Source of the DNA: Euryarchaeota archaeon UBA558
GTDB lineage: Archaea > Thermoplasmatota > Poseidoniia > Poseidoniales > Thalassarchaeaceae
Direction of reading: 5' to 3'
Assembly (NCBI GenBank): GCA_002507175.1
Contig: DAZE01000005.1
Location: 20,980-84,979, forward strand
Length of the DNA stretch: 64,000 nucleotides
How positions within the stretch are numbered: position 1 is the stretch's first letter; every line of letters starts with the position of its first letter. Under the pieces are notes generated by a model. The model was given only the letters and a program-made list of their open reading frames with translations, was not told the DNA's origin and did not search any database. Shown one piece after another: positions 45,900-55,181 of this stretch. The position numbers were made by a program, and so were the translations under genes.

Positions 45900-46748
45900 T
45901 CACCCCAATATGAATCTCGGGTCGCTGATTAGGCCCTCAGCGACTGCCATCACAAACAAGTCGCCAAGGAAAACCATGGCTAGAGACGTCCAAAACCATA
46001 GATTGTGATGAACGTTATGACGACTAGAGAACCTGAAAATCCTCCCGGCGATTGATGAAGCCCCTCCCCTCCATTGTTTCAGGGAGCCCCCCACGAGGTG
46101 TCTAAATGCATGACATGAAATGACATACATCGTAAGCAAGAAAGATTCGATCGCAAGGACAAAGGTCCCGACAGAAAGCCCCCAAGATCCGCTGAATTGC
46201 ATTGTGTGGACGACGTCATAGTACTTCATCGACAGTATAATGATGGCAAGATACAGCATGTACCGATGAAGATTGTTGAAAATGAAAATGCCCCTCTCGC
46301 CGGAGTAGCCGAGAGTATGGTTGATGTCGGGTTTAGAGACCATACACGCTGAGGGGTTTTGGAAGAAGGATCGGTGGTACACCTTCCGCATGTAGTAGCA
46401 AGTACCTCTGAAACCGAAGGGAATCCATAGGATCAGCATTGCTGAGTTCATCCATCCTGGGTGGTTGGTCACATGAAAAATGTGGAGCACGTCAGGTGAG
46501 AAGATTGGGGAGGTCACCCGATGGTCCTCGTAGTGTATGCTACCATCCAAGACCGCTACACGGATGAGTGTGTAAAGTAAGGCAAAACCGAGGGCGGCAG
46601 CCATGATCAATGGTTGATTCCACCAATCGTCAATCCTCTGAGTTTTTCCGAAACCCTTCACCAATGGTAGACGCTGGTAGCCCCTCATAGCCTCCACCCC
46701 GAACCGCTCAATCGTGGGCACCGCATAAGGCTGACCTTTTTCCGACAC
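45900..46748 (-). CDS. Sdh membrane anchor of mycobacterial Sdh1 (Rv0249c-like) type
   Basis: First gene of the sdh operon; FRGTCYY.RK.Y.RSF, NLHRY, SCH..RH, HHNLW; about 5 TM; GTG start. Confidence 0.8.
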   Translation of the reverse strand: MSEKGQPYAVPTIERFGVEAMRGYQRLPLVKGFGKTQRIDDWWNQPLIMAAALGFALLYTLIRVAVLDGSIHYEDHRVTSPIFSPDVLHIFHVTNHPGWMNSAMLILWIPFGFRGTCYYMRKVYHRSFFQNPSACMVSKPDINHTLGYSGERGIFIFNNLHRYMLYLAIIILSMKYYDVVHTMQFSGSWGLSVGTFVLAIESFLLTMYVISCHAFRHLVGGSLKQWRGGASSIAGRIFRFSSRHNVHHNLWFWTSLAMVFLGDLFVMAVAEGLISDPRFILG

Positions 46749-46793
46749 ACCTGACCAAGAAAATTTTAATCCAATATTGAGTGAATAAAACCA

Positions 46794-46901
46794 ATGTCCG
46801 ACGATGTGACATCATCGATCTGTTTGGAGTGCGGATTCATGCCGGGGGCGTTTCTTCCCGGACTGCCATGCCCCGTATGTGGTGAGTTGATGTTTCCATG
46901 A
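46794..46901 (+). CDS. Zinc-finger microprotein, 35 aa (CxxCG...CPxCG)
   Basis: My translation: MSDDVTSSICLECGFMPGAFLPGLPCPVCGELMFP*; TTTTAAT about 24 nt upstream; exactly fills the intergenic gap. Confidence 0.7.
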   Translation: MSDDVTSSICLECGFMPGAFLPGLPCPVCGELMFP

Positions 46902-46902
46902 G

Positions 46903-47460
46903 TCACCATGGGTACTTCCAAACCCAAAGTATGCCATCATTCACAATTACCTGAACACCGAGCATCAATCCGCCGATGAAGGGAAGGATGCCTGTCCCTT
47001 CAACTCCACTTTGCCATGCTACCCAACCCATCATGATCAGCAGGACATTTCCACAAACTACCAGCCACAAGTTCCCGATCACGAGCCATTGAGTCAGGGC
47101 GGTGTTAGTTTCTATGTGGATCCTAGTTAACTCGAGCCAAAGCATCGACGGAATTAGAATGAGCAGCATCGCAATGAGTAGCCTTGCATGCCCCCCTGTG
47201 TCGACTTTTCCACTCCATGGCCACCCGATTCCTTCCACAACTGAATATTCCCAAGAGAACAAAAGATGCCACCATGCGATCAAAAAGCCTGCGGCAGCTA
47301 CGAACATGCAGGTCACGTTCAATGGCCTCCAAGATTCTGGGATGCCACCCCAGAGAGACATAGGATCCTCCATCCTTCGCAATCCAATCACGTATGATGC
47401 CAGTACCATTGGTCCAAGTATGAAAACAACCGTGCGGACTAACTCTCTTGAGACTTCCAT
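46903..47460 (-). CDS. Hypothetical membrane protein (about 5 TM, Trp-rich)
   Basis: Hydrophobic ORF, LWGGIP motif, no overlap with other genes. Confidence 0.65.
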   Translation of the reverse strand: MEVSRELVRTVVFILGPMVLASYVIGLRRMEDPMSLWGGIPESWRPLNVTCMFVAAAGFLIAWWHLLFSWEYSVVEGIGWPWSGKVDTGGHARLLIAMLLILIPSMLWLELTRIHIETNTALTQWLVIGNLWLVVCGNVLLIMMGWVAWQSGVEGTGILPFIGGLMLGVQVIVNDGILWVWKYPW

Positions 47461-47591
47461 GACTACAGCCAGTTAGATCAGGTGCTTGAATGTGAGTATC
47501 AAAGCGCATCGTTGGATGTCCAATATCTCGCAAAAACACCATATCGTCGCCCTTGCTGGAGACTATCACCCTCGCATGGCGGGGAGAAGAG

Positions 47592-47666
47592 GCGCACGTG
47601 ATCTAGCGGTTATGATACGAGGTTCCCAACCTCGTTACCCGGGTTCAAGTCCCGGCGTGCGCACCA
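47592..47666 (+). tRNA. tRNA-Gly (CCC), CCA encoded
   Basis: Acceptor GCGCACG/CGTGCGC, anticodon arm CGAGG-TTCCCAA-CCTCG, T arm CCGGG-TTCAAGT-CCCGG, 3' ACCA. Confidence 0.95.
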
Positions 47667-47675
47667 ACTCGTCAC

Positions 47676-50600
47676 TCAATTATCCTGTTTGGATCTGATT
47701 CCTATTGCTGCGGTTAGCAATGCGATCATAGCCATGTAGAGTCCAAAACCGGGCAAAAGGCCACCATCCTCAGGCTTATCCACACATCCCGTTTGAGATG
47801 TCAACGGTTGATGCTGACCGGCTGGACAGGGGGTCTGTTCCACTGATCCCGACTCAGACGAGAAGAAGTTAGTGGAGGTGAATGTGCAAGAGCTTTGGCC
47901 TTCTAGTGATTGATAGGTGCCTGGCGGGCATGGGATCTGTTCTGTGGCAGCGAGGTTGTCCACGAAATTTCCTCGATCCGCGAGCAAACACTCGGAGGAG
48001 CCGATGTTTGGTTGATAGGTCCCCTTTTCACAGGCTGTCTGGCTTAGCTGTGAATTGGAATCGACAAAGTGGCCACTATCTGCCTGAATACAAGATGTCG
48101 AGGCTGAGATAGGTTGGAAAGTCCCCACTCCGCATGCTATGAACTCAGTTGCAGAACTGTCAGGTACATAATGTCCAGCTGGGGAATCACGACAACTCGT
48201 GGACTTCGCCATTGATTGATACGTACCGGGCTCACAAGGGATTTGGTTTACAGACCCTATCTCATTTGTGTAGTGGCCTGGTTCGACGTCTTCACAGTTA
48301 GTCTGTCCGCTCAAGGGTTGGTAGGTCGTCAGAGGGCATGGGATCTGGTTTTGTGAACCCTCACCAACTACATAGTGACCGGCGTCCCCCAAAAAGCACT
48401 CAATTGATCCTGGATTTGGCTGGAATGTTCCTGATGCACAGATCACATAGTCAATCGAGCCCTCGTTTGGTACGTAGGAGCCAGGGATTGCAGAGAGGCA
48501 TGTTTCAGCACCACTATTTGGTTGGTATGAGCCAGGACTGCATGCAATGGCTTCGGTGGATCCAACACCGGATGTGTAGTACCCGGGTTGTGTGACCTCG
48601 CAATCTATCGAACCCTCGAGGGGTTGGTACCTTCCTGACAAGCAGGGTTGGAAGGACGTGGATCCTGCAGTTGATACGTAGTATCCAGCAGGAGCAAGAA
48701 TGCAACTCGTGCCAGCTGAGTTTGGTTGATAGGAACCTGGTTGACAGGTTTCGGGATGGGTCGATGCATCGACCGAAGTGTACTGTCCAGGAGATGTCGA
48801 TGAGCACGAAATAGAGCCCTCAATGGAGCTATATTGTCCCGGTGGACAGGGGGTCTGTTCCGTGGCTGAAGTACTGTCAACATAGTATCCAGGGCTTGCC
48901 CTTAAGCAAGCGGTTGCTCCATGTGTTGGAGAGTATCTACCGACTGTGCATGGAGATTGGAAGGTCTTCCCTGGGGTCTCCACCATGTGACCAAGATCAG
49001 CAAGGATGCAAGTCGAGGCTCCTGAGTTGGGTTGGTAGGAGCCAGCGGGACATATGGTCTGCGATAATGCGCCCTCATCAGGAACATGGTAGCCTGGATT
49101 TGAGTCTATGCAGGACGCTTGCCCCCCGTCGGGTTGGTAGGTCCCACTCTCACAGATGACGAGGATCCCTGGTTGACCCCCTTCCGCATAGTGACCTGGC
49201 GGGGATTCTTCGCAGGAGTTAGGACCATCTTGATACCATCCGGTGGGACAGCCTACGGGCCACAGGTCGAATGGGGAATCAAGCCCGTCATTATCCGAAT
49301 CGAGGTCACCCAGCAAAATCTTCGCCGTTCCTGGAGGATGCATGATTTCCGGGACCCGAGTCCCCCACCAGGTCTGATGGGAGGTCTGGTTAACATTGTT
49401 CCATGCATATGCGCCCCAGCAGTGGATCTCGTTTGAGGAATCCAAGCCACAAGCGTTCGCAGCACCCATCACTACTGCAATATAATTTCCACCCGTGTAG
49501 ACCTGATGGGGCGCCGAGCGATCCTCACAATCTATGTTGTATCCGCCGCCAGACCCTCCCATGTAGTTGCATATCACTGAGTTCGAACCATTGTAGTCTC
49601 CAGTGTTGCCGCCCCAATTGTCACCCCAGCAATAGGCCCCGGTTTGGTCGTACATCGCACACGCTTGTGCGGTTGTGGCGGATATGCTCGTCATGCTCTC
49701 TCCTGATGGGCCTTGGATCAGAGTTGGAACCACGGCATAGGGTTGGTTGCTATTGTTGCCTATCCCTTGTTGGCTCTCAGTGTTGGCACCCCAGCAAACA
49801 CCCTCTCCTGAACCGGTCATCGCGCACGAAAACACCCATCCATTGGCAGCCTGAACGAAAGATAGGTTCGCCACATCTTGGATCGTGATTTCGGTGTTTG
49901 ACATTTCCAGCTTTCTGGGACTGCTTGTAATCCACCAGTAGCCGCAACCAGGGGCTTCGGTTATAGGATCAGGATCAACAATATCCCCGCCAGTGACCCT
50001 GCAATTCATGTCAGATCCCCAGCAATACATCCCACCATCGGTGCCCGTAGCACATGTGTGTTCGCCTCCCACGCTTACGGAGGTCACCGAGACCCCCCCT
50101 GGCATGGCGATCAATTCAGGAGTCCTTATGCCAGATGCGCTGTCGTCGCATGGGTTCACGTATGTAACAATCGATCCATCCCAATCAAAGCAGATCTGCC
50201 CGTTCCCAACCTGCCCCCTGTCGTTGTTCCCCCAACAATAGAGGTCCCCATCGGTGCTGATCACGCAGGAATGAGAACTCGGCCCCTGTGAAAGTGATTT
50301 AGCAACGACTCCCTGGGGCAAGAGGACCAGTGACGGGACAAGTTGGTTGCCCCCTATCTGCCCGTTACCGATCTGCCCACGCTCGTTGCTGCCCCAGCAG
50401 TAGACGGCTCCTTGTGACGTCAGGCCGCATGCGTGGTCTAGGTGTGCTGAGACCTCTACAATGCCCATTCCGTCAAGTGCATCCACGTAGGTCATGTTGT
50501 GGTAGACCATTTCGCCTTCGACTCCAATTCCAGTTTGACCGAAGTCTGTCCTTCCCCAGCATAGCACGCTGGAGTTCTCAGTGATAGCGCAGGCGAACTG

Positions 50601-50810
50601 CCTCCCGATCGAAAGCGTATCAAGGGTGTCGATATGGCCCAGTACTTGGCCTGGTGAATTGCTGGAAATGGACCTCAGACTAATCTCATCCGAAGGAAAC
50701 TCGATTTCTGTTTGTGATCCTGATTCAACCAACAGAGAATGTGTTGAAAATAATACCATCATTGTTGCAAGAAGTATGCCTGTCCACGGACCCTTCGCCA
50801 TGAGGGGCAT
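47676..50810 (-). CDS. Cell-surface protein: signal peptide, 7 RCC1/BLIP-II-like blades, Cys-rich repeat stalk, PGF-CTERM anchor
   Basis: Seven C...CWG units; DLDSDNDG; 34-aa Cys repeats; C-terminal LPGF + TM + RSK. Confidence 0.85.
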   Translation of the reverse strand: MPLMAKGPWTGILLATMMVLFSTHSLLVESGSQTEIEFPSDEISLRSISSNSPGQVLGHIDTLDTLSIGRQFACAITENSSVLCWGRTDFGQTGIGVEGEMVYHNMTYVDALDGMGIVEVSAHLDHACGLTSQGAVYCWGSNERGQIGNGQIGGNQLVPSLVLLPQGVVAKSLSQGPSSHSCVISTDGDLYCWGNNDRGQVGNGQICFDWDGSIVTYVNPCDDSASGIRTPELIAMPGGVSVTSVSVGGEHTCATGTDGGMYCWGSDMNCRVTGGDIVDPDPITEAPGCGYWWITSSPRKLEMSNTEITIQDVANLSFVQAANGWVFSCAMTGSGEGVCWGANTESQQGIGNNSNQPYAVVPTLIQGPSGESMTSISATTAQACAMYDQTGAYCWGDNWGGNTGDYNGSNSVICNYMGGSGGGYNIDCEDRSAPHQVYTGGNYIAVVMGAANACGLDSSNEIHCWGAYAWNNVNQTSHQTWWGTRVPEIMHPPGTAKILLGDLDSDNDGLDSPFDLWPVGCPTGWYQDGPNSCEESPPGHYAEGGQPGILVICESGTYQPDGGQASCIDSNPGYHVPDEGALSQTICPAGSYQPNSGASTCILADLGHMVETPGKTFQSPCTVGRYSPTHGATACLRASPGYYVDSTSATEQTPCPPGQYSSIEGSISCSSTSPGQYTSVDASTHPETCQPGSYQPNSAGTSCILAPAGYYVSTAGSTSFQPCLSGRYQPLEGSIDCEVTQPGYYTSGVGSTEAIACSPGSYQPNSGAETCLSAIPGSYVPNEGSIDYVICASGTFQPNPGSIECFLGDAGHYVVGEGSQNQIPCPLTTYQPLSGQTNCEDVEPGHYTNEIGSVNQIPCEPGTYQSMAKSTSCRDSPAGHYVPDSSATEFIACGVGTFQPISASTSCIQADSGHFVDSNSQLSQTACEKGTYQPNIGSSECLLADRGNFVDNLAATEQIPCPPGTYQSLEGQSSCTFTSTNFFSSESGSVEQTPCPAGQHQPLTSQTGCVDKPEDGGLLPGFGLYMAMIALLTAAIGIRSKQDN
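47784..49250 (-). repeat. About 14.5 tandem 34-aa (102-nt) Cys-rich protein repeats
   Basis: Consensus CxxGxYQPxxGxxxC-xxxxxGxYVxxxGxxxQxP, counted directly over 489 aa; diverged at DNA level. Confidence 0.9.
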
Positions 50811-50871
50811 AGTGGCCGGGGGAAAATAGAAGTTTTCACTAAATCCACGACGGCATTGCCCTCTGGACCAA

Positions 50872-52467
50872 TCAAGCCAAGGACTCGTAGTTCACTTCGG
50901 CTTCTTCTATGTGGATCTCATCAACGTCCATCTGGGCAAGCTGCAGCTTACCCGATAGCTCATCGTTCACCGCATGCCAGTAGGAGTAGGACTCGATTAC
51001 CCAGATCCCAGACTCACGTGTGCCGTTTCCTGACCCCTTGACTCCACCGAACGGTAGATGCGCCTCTGCTCCAGTTGTGGAGTTGTTAATCCCCGTCATC
51101 CCCGCCTTTATTCCAGTTTTGAACCTGTAGGCCTCCAGCCTGTCGTTAGTGTAGATAGCACTGGACAACCCATATGGCGAGGCATTCGCCAAGTGTAGGG
51201 CATGATCGAAATCTCTGGCTTTGACAATGGTGATAGCAGGGCCGAAAATTTCCTCGTGGAAGCAATCCATGTCTTCGGTCACGCCCGTATAGACATGAGG
51301 CCACATGTACACACCTTCCTCGGCATCCGCTACGAAACCGACTGGCGCCGAGTCTTTGGTGATCCGACCGTCTCCGTAGATGAGATCAGCACCACTGGTC
51401 TCGCACACCTCAAGGCTTTGAAGGAACTCCTCGGCGTATTTTGATGAGAGCATTGGGCCGTAGAGAACGTCATCGTACCTCATCGAATCACCAATCTTGG
51501 TATTCTTGACTTTCTCCATGAACAACCCCATAAAGTCGTCATAGATGTTCTCATGGATGATCAGGTTTCCTAGGCTGGTACATCTTTGTCCAGCCGTTCC
51601 GAATCCAGCCCAGTAGGCACCCTCGACTGCATTTTCAAGGTTCGCTGATGGCATGACTACCAAGGGATTTTTTCCACCAAGTTCCAAGGAGCAGGAGACT
51701 AGATTCCGTCCGCAAATCTCCCCAATCATCTTCCCAACTGCTGTGGACCCCGTGAATGATATTTTGTTCACGAGACCCTCGTCAACTGCATCCACGAGGT
51801 ATTGGCCTGCCCCACTTCCTTTCCCATGAACGAGATTTATCACCCCGTCAGGAAGTCCAGCCTCATGCATGATCCTTGCCAGCGCAAAGGACAAGAGTGG
51901 AGAATCCTGCGGGGATTTCCAGACGCAGGTGTTGCCGCACATGATTGCAGGAATCATCTTCCAGAATGGGACGGCTGATGGGAAGTTGCATGAGTTGATG
52001 ATACCACAGACTCCTAAAGGCCTTCTGTAAGTGAATAGCTCTTTGTCCGGAAGCTCACTGTTAACCGTCTGGCCGTAGAGCCTTCTTCCCTCAGATTGGA
52101 AGAAGAGACAGGTGTCTATGGCTTCTTGAATTTCACCCGCACTCTCTTTCAAGGTCTTCCCTATTTCCCTTGTTTCTAGCCTAACCAAGGCATCTTTTCT
52201 GTCCATAAGCAACCGGCCCATGTTTCCGATGATTTGCCCCCTGGTAGGTGCAGGTGTTCCCGCCCAGGAGGAGAAGGCTGATTTTGCGGCCTTCAATGCA
52301 TCATGAACATCCACTTTGGTTGATAGGGGGAATTCACCCAAGATATCTGACAACAACGCAGGATTACTGGAAGTGAATGTTGCACCGTCTGAGGCAGCTT
52401 CTAATTTTCCATTGATTATGTTGTACCCACGAATCATCGGCAAGCCGTTGGGGTTGTCGTTTTGCAT
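50872..52467 (-). CDS. Aldehyde dehydrogenase family protein
   Basis: NFP, FTGST, LELGGKN, AGQRCT, EEIFGP, PFGG.K.SG; start 52467 or 52500. Confidence 0.93.
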   Translation of the reverse strand: MQNDNPNGLPMIRGYNIINGKLEAASDGATFTSSNPALLSDILGEFPLSTKVDVHDALKAAKSAFSSWAGTPAPTRGQIIGNMGRLLMDRKDALVRLETREIGKTLKESAGEIQEAIDTCLFFQSEGRRLYGQTVNSELPDKELFTYRRPLGVCGIINSCNFPSAVPFWKMIPAIMCGNTCVWKSPQDSPLLSFALARIMHEAGLPDGVINLVHGKGSGAGQYLVDAVDEGLVNKISFTGSTAVGKMIGEICGRNLVSCSLELGGKNPLVVMPSANLENAVEGAYWAGFGTAGQRCTSLGNLIIHENIYDDFMGLFMEKVKNTKIGDSMRYDDVLYGPMLSSKYAEEFLQSLEVCETSGADLIYGDGRITKDSAPVGFVADAEEGVYMWPHVYTGVTEDMDCFHEEIFGPAITIVKARDFDHALHLANASPYGLSSAIYTNDRLEAYRFKTGIKAGMTGINNSTTGAEAHLPFGGVKGSGNGTRESGIWVIESYSYWHAVNDELSGKLQLAQMDVDEIHIEEAEVNYESLA

Positions 52468-52639
52468 GAACTCAAAATCTGCTGCTAGGACGTGTGTCAT
52501 GACCCTCGCAGTCACACCCTTCAAATGAATGCTGCTAAAACCGTTCGGTGAAGGTTATCACAAATACTGAGCCAATATCGAACTTAATGTATGGGGGTTT
52601 AAGGGGGGCGCAGTCCTTAGGCGACTCCGAGGAACAACC

Positions 52640-54862
52640 ATGGCAGACGGAGAGGGAGAACTCACGCTTAGGGTCGCTAAGGCCATACCGAGTGACGTCG
52701 GACATGGTAGGGCCAGGGTACCGTTCGATAACGATCTCAATCTCAAGCCAGGTGACGTCATTGAGATCAACGGAGAAAAATCAACGGCCGCGATTGTTTG
52801 GCGGTGTAGGCCCGAGGACGCTAATCTTGGAGTCATTCGAATTGACGGCATCATACGAAAAAATGCATCAGTTTCCCTGGGAGACAGAGTAAACATCCGG
52901 AAGGTTGAGGTCACCGAATGCGAGAAACTGGTTCTTTCACCGGTAATGGCGAAACAACAGAAGGTCAGGTTTGGACCGGGTATCGAGGGTTTTGCAAGAA
53001 GAGGCTTGAACAAGAGGCCTGTCGTATCAGGAGACAGGATTTTTATTCCGGGAATGACGTTGTTTGCAGAAGCCCTGCCCTTCCAGATCGTGAGCACCAA
53101 GCCAAAGGGGATTGTACAGGTCCTACCGTCGACGGAGATCGTCATCAAAGAAGATCCCGTTGATGAGGAAGATGAGAGCATCATACAATCAATATCCTAC
53201 GAGGACATTGGCGGGCTCGGTGACCAACTCCAAAAAGTCCGAGAAATGATTGAACTTCCATTAAAACACCCAATCCTCTTCCGCAGGCTTGGGATCGATC
53301 CGCCCAGGGGTGTTCTCCTTCACGGACCTCCTGGGACCGGAAAGACACTGATAGCCAAGGCCGTTGCTGCTGAGACCCAGGCCCACTTCACCTCAATAAA
53401 CGGGCCAGAGATAATTTCGAAGTATTATGGAGAAAGCGAGAAGCAACTTCGCGAGATTTTTGACGATGCCACCTCCAACGCTCCGGCCATCATCTTCATC
53501 GATGAGCTTGACTCCATCGCACCCAAGAGAGAGGACGTCAGTGGCGAGGTCGAAAGACGAGTTGTCGCCCAGCTCCTCACCTTACTAGATGGAATGCAGG
53601 GCCGGGACAATGTCGTGGTGATCGGCGCAACCAATAGGAGAGACGCCATAGACCCTGCTCTCAGAAGACCCGGACGATTCGATAGGGAACTTGAGATTGG
53701 GGTCCCGGATAAGAACGGACGTTCTGAAATCATCGACATCCACACACGCGGCATGCCGATCAGCGATGATTTCGAGATGGAATGGTTGCTGGAGAACTCC
53801 TATGGTTTCGTTGGGGCGGACATCTCTGCACTTGTCAGAGAATCGGCTATGAAGGCACTCCGAAGGTATCTCCCTGAGATCGATCTGGATCAAGATGAGA
53901 TACCCGCAGAGGTGTTGGAGAAAATGGAAGTTAAGATGGCGGACTTCCGAGAAGCGATCAAGGAAATCGAGCCAAGTGCACTCAGGGAGATTTACGTCGA
54001 AGTCCCAACGGCATCATGGGACGACGTGGGCGGTTTGAGCGAAATCAAGGAGCGCCTGAAAGAGAGCATTGAGTGGCCTTTGAACCAACCGGAGACTTTC
54101 GAACACTTCGGGATCAAACCCCCTCGTGGAATCGTACTCTTCGGGGCTCCCGGCACAGGTAAGACCTTGATCGCAAAGGCAATCGCGAATGAAGCAAAAG
54201 CCAACTTTATCTCGATCAAAGGCCCAGAGATGATCTCGAAATGGGTCGGGGAATCTGAAAGAGCGGTCAGAGAGGTCTTCAAGAAGGCGAAACAGGCTGC
54301 TCCTTCCATCATTTTCCTTGACGAGTTTGAGTCAATAGCGGGGGTTCGTAGGTCGATGACAGGCGAGGGATCGGACGTCATGAACAGGGTTGTCAATCAA
54401 ATCCTATCAAGCATGGACGGGGTGGAGTCGATGGAGGGCGTGATCGTGGTCGCAGCCACAAACAGGCCTGAAATGATTGATCCGGCACTCCTCAGGAGTG
54501 GTAGATTCGAGAGAGTCCTGCACGTCCCTCCCCCAGATAGGCAGTCGAGGTTGGAGATCCTCAAAATACACTCCTCCGAGATGCCATTAGGCCGGTTCAA
54601 GCTCGATGACATCGCTGACGACCTCGAGAACTACACTGGTGCTGACATAGAAGCAATATGCAGAGAGGCGGCCTTGATTGCCATGAGGGCGGGCAAGAAG
54701 ACAGTATCAAAGAGCCATTTCGAAGAAGCTGTCAACAGAGTAAGGCCAACGGTCAACAAGGACATGCTAGAGTACTACTCCAAGATGGAGGAGACACTTG
54801 TCAGTGGCCTGGAGTCTGTCAAGAGGAGCACCAACTCTCTTCAAGGCATTGAGTCAGTGTGA
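52640..54862 (+). CDS. cdc48: CDC48/VCP (VAT) AAA+ ATPase
   Basis: N domain plus two AAA modules: [22 protein letters not shown] and [19 protein letters not shown]. Confidence 0.96.
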   Translation: MADGEGELTLRVAKAIPSDVGHGRARVPFDNDLNLKPGDVIEINGEKSTAAIVWRCRPEDANLGVIRIDGIIRKNASVSLGDRVNIRKVEVTECEKLVLSPVMAKQQKVRFGPGIEGFARRGLNKRPVVSGDRIFIPGMTLFAEALPFQIVSTKPKGIVQVLPSTEIVIKEDPVDEEDESIIQSISYEDIGGLGDQLQKVREMIELPLKHPILFRRLGIDPPRGVLLHGPPGTGKTLIAKAVAAETQAHFTSINGPEIISKYYGESEKQLREIFDDATSNAPAIIFIDELDSIAPKREDVSGEVERRVVAQLLTLLDGMQGRDNVVVIGATNRRDAIDPALRRPGRFDRELEIGVPDKNGRSEIIDIHTRGMPISDDFEMEWLLENSYGFVGADISALVRESAMKALRRYLPEIDLDQDEIPAEVLEKMEVKMADFREAIKEIEPSALREIYVEVPTASWDDVGGLSEIKERLKESIEWPLNQPETFEHFGIKPPRGIVLFGAPGTGKTLIAKAIANEAKANFISIKGPEMISKWVGESERAVREVFKKAKQAAPSIIFLDEFESIAGVRRSMTGEGSDVMNRVVNQILSSMDGVESMEGVIVVAATNRPEMIDPALLRSGRFERVLHVPPPDRQSRLEILKIHSSEMPLGRFKLDDIADDLENYTGADIEAICREAALIAMRAGKKTVSKSHFEEAVNRVRPTVNKDMLEYYSKMEETLVSGLESVKRSTNSLQGIESV

Positions 54863-54867
54863 TCGCT

Positions 54868-55107
54868 ATGCCATCGGGTTTCGGCCGTGAAATTCTGAAT
54901 CGTCCGATACTCGATGGCGCAGGTGACACTCTTGGGCATGTATCCGACCTCGTAATGGATACGAGGACCGGTGATGTGGTGACCCTGCTAGTTATGATCA
55001 GCGAGGAACTCGATCCGGCTCTACTCCCCTGGCCAACTGTGGATGGGCTTCTGGAGGTTCCCACTAACGAAGTTGCCGAAGTCTCAAATGCCATACGGTT
55101 GAGATAG
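54868..55107 (+). CDS. PRC-barrel domain protein
   Basis: I..R.I.D..G..LG.V.DLV.D..TG.V..L PRC pattern; alternative GTG 54859 overlaps the cdc48 stop. Confidence 0.8.
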   Translation: MPSGFGREILNRPILDGAGDTLGHVSDLVMDTRTGDVVTLLVMISEELDPALLPWPTVDGLLEVPTNEVAEVSNAIRLR

Positions 55108-55181
55108 CTAGATCTCACAAAGTCGGACAACCGTCTTATAGCGTTGGATTCGGTTGGCACATGCTGCTGGGCGGTGGACTG

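Noticed and set aside
47486-47698. 70-aa ORF on the plus strand
   Set aside because: Runs through the tRNA-Gly gene
47784-49250. 102-nt periodicity as a CRISPR array or DNA tandem repeat
   Set aside because: Repeats are conserved at protein level only, lie within one ORF, and have no identical direct repeats or cas genes
47592-50870. Possible island integrated at tRNA-Gly (the surface-protein gene ends 9 nt from the tRNA 3' end)
   Set aside because: No integrase, and I could not find a duplicated tRNA 3' end (att site) by eye; flanking genes are housekeeping
52558-53184. 208-aa antisense ORF (also 34098-34655 and 49403-49888)
   Set aside because: Antisense to well-supported genes (cdc48, lhr, the surface protein); no recognisable features
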